In this document: positions 1 through 11,611 of the stretch, piece after piece
How positions within the stretch are numbered: the first letter of the stretch is position 1
How the letters are laid out: each line of letters opens with the position of its first letter
From: Balanoglossus misakiensis
Lineage: Eukaryota; Animalia; Hemichordata
NCBI GenBank assembly: GCA_040954595.2
Contig: CM082592.2
Span: forward strand, 9,659,677-9,723,676
Length of the DNA stretch: 64,000 nucleotides
Direction: 5' to 3'
The notes under the pieces: model-generated
Databases searched by the model: none
Told to the model about the DNA's origin: nothing
Seen by the model: only the letters and a program-made list of their open reading frames with translations
Made by a program: the position numbers and the translations under genes

Positions 1-240
1 GATGTACCACCATTGCAAAAACATGCTTTGCATTAGGTGGGCGTGGCTGCAAACACATCGGTCCACAGCAGAACCACGGCGTTTCAACTAAACGAAGAAT
101 CGGTGCGTGGTGCTAAGTCACGCCTCCGCCACAGTGAGGGAGTCGAGGCCACTACTAGTACTACTACATGTACTACAATCAAGTACAGGGGTGTAAGACT
201 TCGCGTACGACACACTGTACAGTGTACTACTATTACTTAC

Positions 241-283
241 CACTGAATGTTTTCTGGTGGACCAAAAGTTTGAATTGCTTCAT
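241..283 (-). other. Possible first exon of a gene divergent from MRPL16 (MKQFKLLVHQKTFS..., or a 5'UTR exon)
   Basis: A consensus minus-strand donor G|GTAAGT lies at 241/240, with an ATG at 283 giving a phase-1 exon. An ETS core ACTTCCGG lies at 419-426. The rest of the gene would be outside the window, and I do not recognise the product. Confidence 0.3.
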
Positions 284-728
284 TGTGGAACACGGTATAC
301 TTTTCTACGTTCGCATCAACCTCTGTTCTATCTGGACATGTTCACCTCACAAATGGGCTGCTCGATCGCCCAAAAACATCAACGCGATCAACCACTGCAC
401 TGTGACCGTCGTCTGTATACTTCCGGGATCTAAATTAGCCAGTCCTGCATTTGTAGAGTGTCGGTTCGTGAAAAGAAATTCTCTGTTAATTATTTGCTTT
501 CTTCGATTTTCTTATATTCTTATGGTATCATTTCATAACAAAAAGCTTCTTTTATACTTGTTTTGACTATTTTTTCTCATTTCTTCAACACCATAATTTC
601 ATTAATTTTATTTTTCCATATTTGCTGAAATAAGTAATTTCGAATGCACAAACTTCAAAAGCCGCGTTTATGCGTGACCTGCGAGGCAGAACGTGTTCGC
701 ATGAGTTCATCGGATATCTGGACGTAAA

Positions 729-2256
729 ATGTTTGGAAGGGTGCAGAAGTTAACCTGGCTGAGGCTAGGACAAGCTCAAATTGACATTCAACAAGCCAAG
801 ACGTTGATAGGTAAGATGAAATTGCTACCAATTCACATGATGTGATGCAAGTACTCGTGACAACCATGTACCACAGGCATTGAGTACACGCATCGTATCA
901 CGTCTTTCGCATATCAGGGAATCTTTTGCCTGTGACAACAAGATGATGATTGATGATGATGAGGGGGAGGAGGGTGGTGGTTCAGTGGGAACGAACTAAA
1001 ACAGATCTTTCTAACATCCTACAACTGTTTTCCACAGTAAGAAAATGTCAACTACACTACCCTCGTGTAACTCCGGCAATGGCATACAGGACACCAGCAA
1101 TACCACAAGACTTTGATCGTAAGTACCATCTTTCAGATTTCTCAGAAATTTGAGACGCTCTTCTGAATTTTAGGTCCTTTTTTCTTTAATACAAATTGTT
1201 TCCAAAAAGTACCAGTATTTCTTTCACTAATCAACCGGTGCTTTCCTCTCAAACCAATAGATATAGAGATTCCGGACAAACCCAAATTGAAGTTTTATGA
1301 TAAGCAACCACAGAATGTCACGTTTCTAAAAGAACCTAAACGGCTGATGGACCTCAGGGGACCAGAGCTGACTGAAAACTCCTTCTTGCATAACCAGTAT
1401 GGAATAGTGGTATGTGGCATTTTTTAACATTTCTTAGCTGTGTTTTTAATTCTGTGTTATACGTGTGGGTATAAGGGCTATTTTGGACTTATGTGGGAGA
1501 ATAAGATGTGTGATAATATAACTTTTAATACAGTTATAAGTATCACATATCAAAGCATTTGGGGTTGAAAGTAAAAATCGCTTTTTGTTGTTATTTTTCA
1601 GGCCCTAGGTGCAGGCTATCTGAAGTACGGCCACATTGAAATGATGAGACTGACCATAAATCGGAAAATGGACGCCAAGAAAATGTTTGCAGTGTGGCGT
1701 GTGGAGGCGCCATATAAACCAATCACAAAGAAAGGTCAAGGTCATCGTATGGGAGGGGGCAAAGGTGAGACTGCTTTTTCTCAAAAGAATTGGTCTCCAC
1801 ACAACTCACAAATCTTTAATTTTAAACAGAAATTCCACGATTGGTCACCTATGTGTAAGATGCTTTTTCTTAGACACAACAGATTGCTTATGGAAGGAAA
1901 GATCCCAAACATCCCAGGTGCGCAGTATAATATTTACTCTCTTTCATACTTAAACACCAGGAAACATTGACCACTATGTAACTCCAGTCAAGAGTGGACG
2001 CATTATCCTAGAAATGGGAGGCAAAGTGCCCTTTGAGCAAGTCCGGCATATACTCCGGGAAGTGGCACACAAGCTGCCATTCCCGGCCAAGGCACTGACT
2101 CACGAAATGCTGGAAGAGATGAAAGCGTCAGAGGAAAAGATGCAGAAGGAAAACGCTAATCCGTGGACATTTGAGAGAATTGCAAAGAGGAACTACTTGG
2201 GCATTTCTAAATACTTGTCACCATATGACTACCTGTGGTATGGGAAGCATAGATAA
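729..2256 (+). CDS. MRPL16: Mitochondrial ribosomal protein uL16m (39S L16), 5 coding exons, 256 aa
   Basis: Exons 729-810, 1038-1118, 1261-1409, 1602-1764 and 1961-2256 are all GT-AG with matching phases (771 nt in total). The translation has L16 family motifs [64 protein letters not shown] and [20 protein letters not shown]. The N-terminus [13 protein letters not shown] resembles a mitochondrial targeting peptide. Confidence 0.96.
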
Positions 2257-5034
2257 TAGAAATTAGTGTGTGATGGGAAATTGCTAAGAACATTGCTGAT
2301 GAGAGTACTGGTACTTCAAGTTATCAGTATTGGCTAGTGGTTGGAGGTTCAAATTTCTCTTCTGTCAGATGTGATGGGCGGTCCACGTTTCCATCAAGAA
2401 TTGGCAGAATGTCTGATACACTGACCCACTCTGAACTTCTGACAAACGTATACATTTCCAGTCTTTTTTTGTGTGATTCGGCCCACCAGTCTTTTGGATG
2501 CAGTTTTGCACTGTATCTACTTTGAAAAGTGTCAGTGAAGAAAACTTACAACGCTGATGACAAGACTTCACATACATGTATAATAATAATATGTTTTCTG
2601 CCTGGCGCACATTCGGAATTCGGCACATTTCCCATAGTATAGCGCCATCAGACGACGAAGGCCTTGCTATCTGGCGTCTCAATCCACCCTGTCACGGCAT
2701 CAAACGTACTTGTATCTCTATGTCTATGTGTTGATAGGAGTATATTTCTGGTGTCAAGGTAAGCCTTATTGTGTGTTGGCTACGCCAAGACGATAATCTG
2801 GCTTCAGTGAACGTGTCAACAAAAAAGGTATCGGATACAGTAATTGCCGGTGCCAATACCATATTTATTATCTTTATTTGCAACTTGAAAATCCCCCGGA
2901 GCACATTCAATACACTCGCTATCTAAGCGGGAAAGTCTTGAAAAGTTTGATTGCCGAGTAACCAAGGATACTGATTCGACCCGACACTTCTCAAGTGTGT
3001 TTCTGTTGTCAAAAAAACGAAGATTCTGGATATTGTTTCCGTTTCCATTTTCATTCGCATTCTAACCGTGGGAGATAAACCGCTTTCTTTTTCTTTTCCT
3101 GTCTGGTCGTGCGAATCATAATTACATTCCTGTATCTTCAAGTATAGCTAGAAAGAACAGTGGAGCCTGGTGACAACGTTATAACAACGGTCAGTGCCTC
3201 TTTGGGGTCTCCATCCGGGGTCTCCATTGACAAAACCAAGAGTTCTGTTCTTTTGAAATAGCAAGCTTTGTCCCATTTTGTATGATTGTCATAGAAACAC
3301 ACGCATTCCTATTAAATTGCAAATTTTGACCGGATAACAGACATACTATATTCGGTATTTTGTTGCATATAAGGATAATCTGATCTACAGACGATAAGGT
3401 AATACAATTCGCATGATGTGTAATGCGATGATATCTTGCCGTTATCTTTCACTCAGAATTGTTTGAACCCCGGATACACGTGTAGATCAAACTGATTCAG
3501 CATCTCCCGAGTGCATCAAGCAGATCAAAGTACTGATAAATGAAAAGTCTAAATATTTTATAGAAATTGTAAATATGTGCTAGACAACGTTGAATACATT
3601 TTGATTAATTTTTGAAGTCTACGTGATCCAGGTATACTGCTGGAAAGTGTACATTACTAGCCAAACGCAATAGATATTAATAAAGCGATAAACCGATGGT
3701 TTTCTTGGAATTACTCGGTTACGTTGTACGAAGAATCGTGACGAAAAAGGTCACTTTTTAAAAGTAAACCAATGAAACAAATCAGCAAGCGACTGTCTCA
3801 TCTTCTTTGCATATTGAGACTTGGAGTAACAACTCCTCGCATTGCAACTACACGCCTGTCACATGACCGATTCCACGAAACACTGTGCTTGCTAGAAGAG
3901 ATTGGGAAAAACGTGTAAAGTCGATTAGCTAAATCATACCAATTGTTAGAGATGAGAAAGTTGTCGTGAGGTGTTATTTCTTTATATGCCAGTCTCTACA
4001 GCAGCTGCTAATTGCGACAAATTACAGATATTTTCTTGGCGTGCTTTCTGATTTAGTCCCGCAGTGGTAGCGTTGCTTTGAAAGGCGCCGCCTTTGAGAT
4101 GATTTTGCAACTAAACACGCCGGCACTGTCTTCGACAACAACGGCCGGTAAACTTACAGAAGGCATTACGATTATGGCTTTGTTTGGTTGTTTATTTCGC
4201 TGTTCCGTGTGGCATACTTAGTTTTCACTTATATAGAGAACTTGTGCACGTCTTCATTATTAGAGAAACACTTATGGGAAGAAGGCGGAAGAACTCGACA
4301 CATTTCCAAGAATCTAAAACTTATTAAGACTGCTCCAGAGGCATCGCGTCAGGGCTGTCTGTGTTATCAACTAATAGACCAGAGCTCTCTCTCTCTCCCG
4401 GAGTTCCTTTCAAAGGTGTTACAAACCAATTATTGTGACGACAGCGAAAGACTGTACACACCTTTCGATGTTTGGCCACCAATTAATTAGGCGTCATTGT
4501 CTTTCATCGTTTGATGATAAACTTTCTCCCTTCTTTCCATTGTTTGATCATCTGTATCCACATAAATTGAAGGTCATCGGACATAGACGTCTGTTGATGA
4601 AGGTCATTTTGTGTGGGCACAGCCAGCCAACAACCATCCCCCAACTGCTTCTCTAAAATTACGTGACTGCAACTACAAATGTCAAAAAGTAGCTAGACAG
4701 GAAAACAGCAACTGCCGGATACGGCTTTTCAATCTCTTACTAGTATCCCAAGTTGCCGGTGGGGAAAATCTGTTCACAAATTACAGGCGTTTATTGCTGT
4801 GGAAAGTATTTAAGAAATCGGACAGCTTCTGGACAATTGCCGTAGCTCACTCTATTCGCCTGCGTGACAAATCGTGGTGTTCGTTTTGTGTTCCCGAATA
4901 CGAAACATGGAGATTGCAGCTAAAATTAAATAAAATACATAGATATTATTAATTGCTTCCTTTGGATCACGATTTGTATCATAAACAAAAACTGATGAGT
5001 GAACACAATCACTCAATCTAGTATGCACTGTTCA

Positions 5035-5720
5035 GACGGGTATTCTGTATAGGTCGCGTTTGAACTCTACTTATTCTTAAACGCTCTTCAGATTCTGAGA
5101 ACCGCCCTTAGCCTTAAACACTTTTCCATAATACAGATGTCGACTTTTTTGCCGATGATCCAATTATTTCACTTTCGGAGAACGCCTGTCCCATTAGCTT
5201 CGTTGCCATCGCGATATGTACAAATCGCGGTGTCATCGCATGAGGGGCGATTTGTGATTAATTTATTCAAATGTCCCTGTTCAAGATTTTCATGCATTAC
5301 GTTTGTTATATTTTGATGGCCAGCTATGAATCTGAAAGTAAGTTTCTTGTGATTTGTTTTTACTACAAATTCATTTGAAGTGTGATTCGGGTAATTTGAT
5401 ATGTTGGGTGTACAGATAAGCAGATGTACAATAGGTAGGCAGAATGTTATCGTCCCAGCTTTCAAATTGGGACCAAAATTGTCGCTATTTCAAATCGAGC
5501 TGAGGTTTTAACTTTTTGTTTGGGTACGACGAGCATAAAACTGACCACTCATGATATGTATATACACACACTTTCAAAATGTATCGATAAAGCAGTATAC
5601 AGAAGCTATGAACCTTTGAGACCGGTGTTTCTGTTGGTCGTGTTCGCTTTGAGCACTAATAGTTCTTGAAAGCTCACCAGATTCTGAGAACCGCTTCTGG
5701 CCTTGAATACGATGTCGGTT
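5035..5720. repeat. Diverged direct repeat pair (~100 bp; ~5035-5145 and ~5621-5720)
   Basis: Both copies share the core CAGATTCTGAGAACCGC with similar flanks (TTCTT(A/G)AA.GCTC upstream; GCCTT(A/G)AA.AC and GATGTCG downstream). Confidence 0.6.
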
Positions 5721-8230
5721 TGATGAAAACACGAATCGCCCGCCGTAAAAAGCGGGATCTCTTTGTAAATAGGGGAAAAACAGCCACCGACACCCGACAC
5801 TTTGCCCTGGAGTAGGTGAAGTATACTTTACATAGAATCAGCACATACGCTGTCCTCCAATCCACAATGACGCAGCAGAGGGAAAATATCAGCTGGAAAA
5901 CAAGCATAGTGATATGATAGACCTCCGTGGCATCTGCACCTGATCTGTTTGGCTCAGAAGTCATTTTTTCGGGAGTGGTGTGGAACTATATAAGTAGTGT
6001 GCAACGCCTGTTTCATGCTGTACATCTGGTACATGCATGCGTGCATGGAAATGGCGCTCTAAATAAACAATCAGTTTTCATAAAGATAAGTTTATCATAT
6101 CACAAGTCACGTCGACCAAAAACTGATTAGATGTGTACTCCAAAAAGTAATCGTAGCAAATTTCTGAGAAATCGCATCAAATAATCCTTAGTTGGCGGAC
6201 TGTTTTATTTCCCATTTCTTGATACGGAAGCCAGTCAGATGTGAATTAAATAATGGTCCCCTGATGCGAAATTATGTCATAATTAAACTGCACACTGGGT
6301 CCAAAACAGTGACTAAACATTGTCATATTGGCATCTTCTGCAATTTAAGTTGGAAGTAATCCAAACACGAACACTGCTTACAAACATATATCTGTTGCAA
6401 TAGACGTAATTTGAAACTAGTCTTCAGAAGTTTTACCAAAATCTCACTAAGTAGCCATGTTGGGTTCGTCTTATTAACATATCTACATATATGAGCAAGC
6501 AACACCTACCAAAACCTAGTCAGTTTTTGCAAGTTTCTTCAAATGGTAATTTTGACAACGCTTTGTGTAGGAGTAAATTGAACGCAAGCAAGACTGTGAG
6601 ATAAAGCACGCGATAGTTGTATATCATCAGTTTGTATCGCCGCAAGAGGAATACTTTTGCTGGAATTAACAAATCCCGTGGGCTTCGGTAACATTTCCAA
6701 TTTGTTAGCACGCTTCATGTATATAATCATATTCTTGGTTAGATGCTAGCGTTTCGCACGAATCCAACGCAACTTCACTACAACGTGGCAAAGTTCGCGA
6801 ACTGAACCTATTATTGTAACGCAATCAACTTTAAAATCAGAGAAGACTCTATTCCATTTATTTTTTTTAAAGCATAGACTGCCACGGTCACCCACAAGCT
6901 TTCAATCCAAGGTTCTATTTCCTCCAATATTGAAGTCTGCGTGGCGGTGACCCCAATACCGCGAAGCATTCACAGAAAAATAGGTCGGCGAAAATGTTAT
7001 TGTGTACATCATCCCGACAAACAGAATCTGTCACGAGAATCATAGACACTCCACACAGAGCCTATTCAAGAAAATACACGTGTAGAACTCTTATCTTCCA
7101 ACACGACAACGTATGCCCAACGAAAGGCCTTGATTACACCGTCACTCGAGGCTGAGAATTATTGTATCGAGCTGTTAATTCAGCAAGTTTTACAAGATAG
7201 CAGAAGGCCCACAAGGCTATATACACATCTATAGACCTATCGAGAGAATCGATTTTTTTTTCATTTAGAAATTGCTGGCAGATATTCGATTTTATATGAA
7301 GCCATATGTAGAGTAATCATACTTTCATATTCTTCATTGTATTTGGCAGTGTGGATGAATTATCCTAAGTTTTATGCCAATGCACTTCTGCGCATAGCAT
7401 TCTCAGAAAGCCCCAATGCAAGACTATGATTATACACACACGCGAAAGTTGAGGCGGCCTTTCAAATATACGATGGGTGATTGATAAGTTTGTTGCCTAA
7501 GGTACGACGAGATGAGAGCTTCACTGTTTTCATTAAATTCGCCCACATTATCTATTCTTTGAATTGTTACACGGAAAGTGTCGAAGTTAATAACTCTAGT
7601 TGCTTTTTTCTCCTGTTGCGGATGATAAAAAATATCGGTGTGGTGAAATTGAAAGAAATTACGACCAGTGACACCATTCTTGGCCAAGTTAGAGTGGGAA
7701 AACTAAACTTAGCCACATTGCCCTGGATGATATTACCGGAAAGTCATAATTCCTTCATAATATTTATTACACTTTGAAGGCAGATTTCTGTTTTATTTCT
7801 CCCATTTCGCCTGGAATATATCAAGACTTAAATGCAAAATGGCCACCGAGCGTAGGCGTGCGAGAAGATGCACCGTTACTGTACATGATAAAGTCAAATT
7901 TGTGAGTCCGTTTCTGTGTTGGGTAACCATGATTTCTTGTTCTGTAACCTAATGTTGCCTTTCATTACAACGAACCTAATGTGATTTCGTGAAGGCTTGA
8001 TTCGCCCCGCCACTGTCTACGACGACGTTTAACGTTATGTGTTCAAGCCCCTGGCGATAAAGTGAAGCTCCAGGAATCTAATAAACAAGCGCAGATAGTT
8101 GTAATCAACCGGTATATTAGTCGATATCGTGCTTTCATGTATATGATGTAGAGGAGGTACAAAGAAGATGGGTACTAAACTGATCACAATCTCGCGGCTA
8201 AAAGCCACCGCTTCTCTATTTCAAATGATC

Positions 8231-8278
8231 GCTCTCTGTGTCTCTGTCTGTCTCTGTCTGTCTCTCTCTCTCTCTCTC
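8231..8278. repeat. (TC/TG) microsatellite
   Basis: Visible run: ctctctgtgtctctgtctgtctctgtctgtctctctctctctctctc. Confidence 0.85.
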
Positions 8279-11001
8279 AACTGGAAACTTTCGAAAGTAG
8301 GGGTGAGTGAACGCTGTAAGTACAAGTCAACGTAATTGAATACGTGTAAAATCTGTGAAATGCCTCCACGCATAAAGAGTACAAGCAACGAGGTGTGTAT
8401 AGCGCAGTCGTCACGCGTAGGCATTGCCATACACGTAATTGCCATACATGCAATTATCACATACAACAGCCAAGCTTATATAACGGAATGATCGGCTGTC
8501 TTTTGAAATGTGACGTCTCTCACGAAATGCGAAGGATGTTTCCTCTAACCATGAATTGCTTCCAAACCACGCGATAATGTTGTCTAATTGGGGGGAATTT
8601 TCGCGGTATTTCGATGCAGCTGTTCGGAGTGATTTCCCATTGATAGTTGCACTGTGGTAACGTCTGTTGCATTTACGCGGCGTCTCGTTTGTGCGGACGA
8701 AGTATCTTGATGGTAAACTATACAACCGAGTTTAATTCATTTAGTTGCAAAACACGTGCTGCGCCATACAGGTGATGTAAAGTATATACATGATCCTTTC
8801 TGAACCATTATGGGACGGAAAGTTACACCGGGCACATCTGTAAGACATAATGCGTTGCTTGCATCATAGTTGCGTGAACGTAATCATATCAAGAAGCAAA
8901 ATGCATCGAATCGCGAGGAGCTCGCTATCGGGGTAGTTTGCGAGCTCAATAGTTCTATGCGCGGCTGAAAGCAATCCATTTTGCATGAAATTAGCCAGTA
9001 GGGCAACAGACGTAACTTCCACGGACGCGGTGTCTGGCGTATCGTCGTTTCCATGGAAACGTGAAATAGAAACCTGGTGACGACGCCGTTCGCGTTTTTG
9101 TACCGGCTAATGAACACACATTTGCACAGGTGACTGGATCCAAAGACAGTCGGTTGCCAGAAAATCTGCGAATCGATGAGCAGCTCTCGATTACTGTACA
9201 AATCATCATTGACGCGTTGGTAAGATATTTAGAAAAATGTTAAGGCCGATTTCCCTAATATCAATAAAGGCAAGGTTGACTCTCCATTGACAATGAAAAC
9301 AAATGAACCAACAATAATCTGACATGGCTTCGCACTATACAATATGATGTATTTCTAGTCTGACTCAGGCAACTTGGTGACCCGTTATCTGTGATGGACT
9401 CAGTTTGGTTTGTTCAGTTCATCGATCACGAATGATACAGCCGTATTTTTGCGAATACCTCAGTATTATTGTACAACCACTGTGGTAACATATGACGTTC
9501 TGTATTACTATACGTTTCCGTATTTATACAGTGCGCGGAGTCCAAATACGGTCTGCACGTAAAGCATTCACAAGTATATTACAGCGAGCCCAATACCTTG
9601 CGCGTGGACGTCTCGCAATGTCTATGGCTGTGTATGACCCTTTAGTATTTTGACGCACGTACCCGGTGTGTAATTATCCAGAATCAGCGCTGATGGCAAA
9701 TCAAATTACAAAGATGTGATGAGCAACAATATTGACAAATAATTGCATGCAGCGGTATCGCGGGAAGTACTTCAAATTGTGTGACGATTGGGAATATAGG
9801 GGTCAAGGTATATTAGGCTATCACATCTATTTCTCGATTATTAGCCAGGAGCAAACCAGTAACGCGTGATAATTAATCCAGATTACCACAACTGGCGGCT
9901 AAGCTCACCGCCCTACATTTGACCCGAGCGTCCACCTTGATTAGATCCTTCGGTTCGTTTCAACTGTAGTTTTTAGTCAGAGAACGGTGAAGGAATTTCA
10001 ACCACAGAGGACCGGGTGTCTGATTAGAGGATAAATGTTTCTAATTTTAGGCGTGATTCAAACACGTGTCAATCAAGATTGTTACTGCGGGGACGGATGA
10101 ATCTATGCCAGTGGGGAAAAAGCTTTTTAGAATGATGTATAAGCCATCTCCACGGAAGAATGAACATGTAACATGATTGTACTATATATCATCGGGGACT
10201 GCATCCTTAGATAGTACGTTCTTAGGCCGTTGTATTTTACCTAGTAGACCCTCATTGGCCAGAATACTTCAAATCATTCACAATTTCAACCCCCCAGACC
10301 CAAATAATTTTCAATAATTTGTTTTCATCCAAACATTAAAAAGTGTTAGGTGAACAATTTGAATATTGCAAAGCTTGATTACATATTGAAACGCTTGAAT
10401 ATCTCTGTATTGTGGTATCATTCCTCTCCTTCGTTTTCAAGTACTCGAACTAGCTTGTTTTTGCAGAAAAACAACTCTATATGCCAGCATGACAGTTTTT
10501 ACGCCAAACATTCTTAAGCCAGATTCTTTCTTTCACAAAAGAACGTGCGCTTCGTGCTGCCAATCCAGCACGTGGGTGGTGATCTAGAAAAGGTTGCGAG
10601 AGTATTGTCATTATTTATACGGAGCGGCTCGTATTAATGGCGTGGTGGCCCGGGGACATGAACAAACCGTCGGCCTGTGAATGAACCTCGCTCGACAAAA
10701 ACACGCCGCGTTTTAGACAGCATTTCTACGGTAACTCTATACTTACACGTCAAAACTGTGCAAAACGGTAATGGGTTTCTTTTCATACAGACTCGTCAAA
10801 ACACACACTGGCTTTGTTAATATCCGATTTATTATTGAAGTGAAAACGATATACAAAAACGACTGACGATTTACTTGGTGTAAAAAGTTGTAATAACCCG
10901 AATGGAAACTTTGTGCCACATATTGAAAATTTTCCAGAAGCTTCTGAAAACTGAACTAACCATTTAACGACGACGGAGTAAAACAATTATTCTTGGGTTT
11001 T

Positions 11002-11611
11002 CTACACATTGGTAGTTTTTGATTTTACAAGTAAGAACTCCAGGTCACGGTCTTTGACAGTGTCAAACAGTTCGGAGTACGGGTCAGTTGAAATATCTGT
11101 GATGTCCAATTCAACCGTGTTCGTATTTTCACTTTCGAATATTGTGACGTAGTCTTCTTCCAGCTTCCTCACTTCGGATGTTATTACTTCCAGCACTTTT
11201 TGGCGAAAATTTTCATCTTTGGACGAGGCCATGACACCGGGCGTCGGCGAGTCTATTGCGTCATCACGTCCCGTGCCATCCGACTGTAGCAGGGAGCTCA
11301 GCTCCAATTGGTCGCCCTCCCCCGTTGTCGACAGCGAGCGGGCCGCCTTCTCGGCGGCGTTCATCGCTTCTTCGCTGATGCTAGAAGTCACAGCCTTCGG
11401 CGCTGTCTTCTCCTCCGTGCTCGAAAGCGTTCGGGAGAACATCACATTCTTACGACAAACCAGCTCCAGCGATCCGTTATTACGCGAGCCATCTTGCCCG
11501 TGCCTCCTCGTGGGGTCTCCGCCGAATCGTAACTTGTCGTGGGGAGCGTACCTCCTGGCCACCACCGTTCCGCACAGCTTTCTGCCTTTGGCTCCGGAGT
11601 TCCATTTTTCC
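11002..11611 (-). CDS. Terminal exon of the amine GPCR: long Ser/Thr/acidic C-tail ending ...KTTNV
   Basis: The acceptor TTTTCTATTTTGTGCGCTTTCAG ends at 11612. Phase 2 joins exactly to the upstream exon (GTC AG|G GAA). The frame is open for 610 nt and GC-rich relative to its flanks. A minus-strand AATAAA lies at 10828-10833. Confidence 0.78.
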
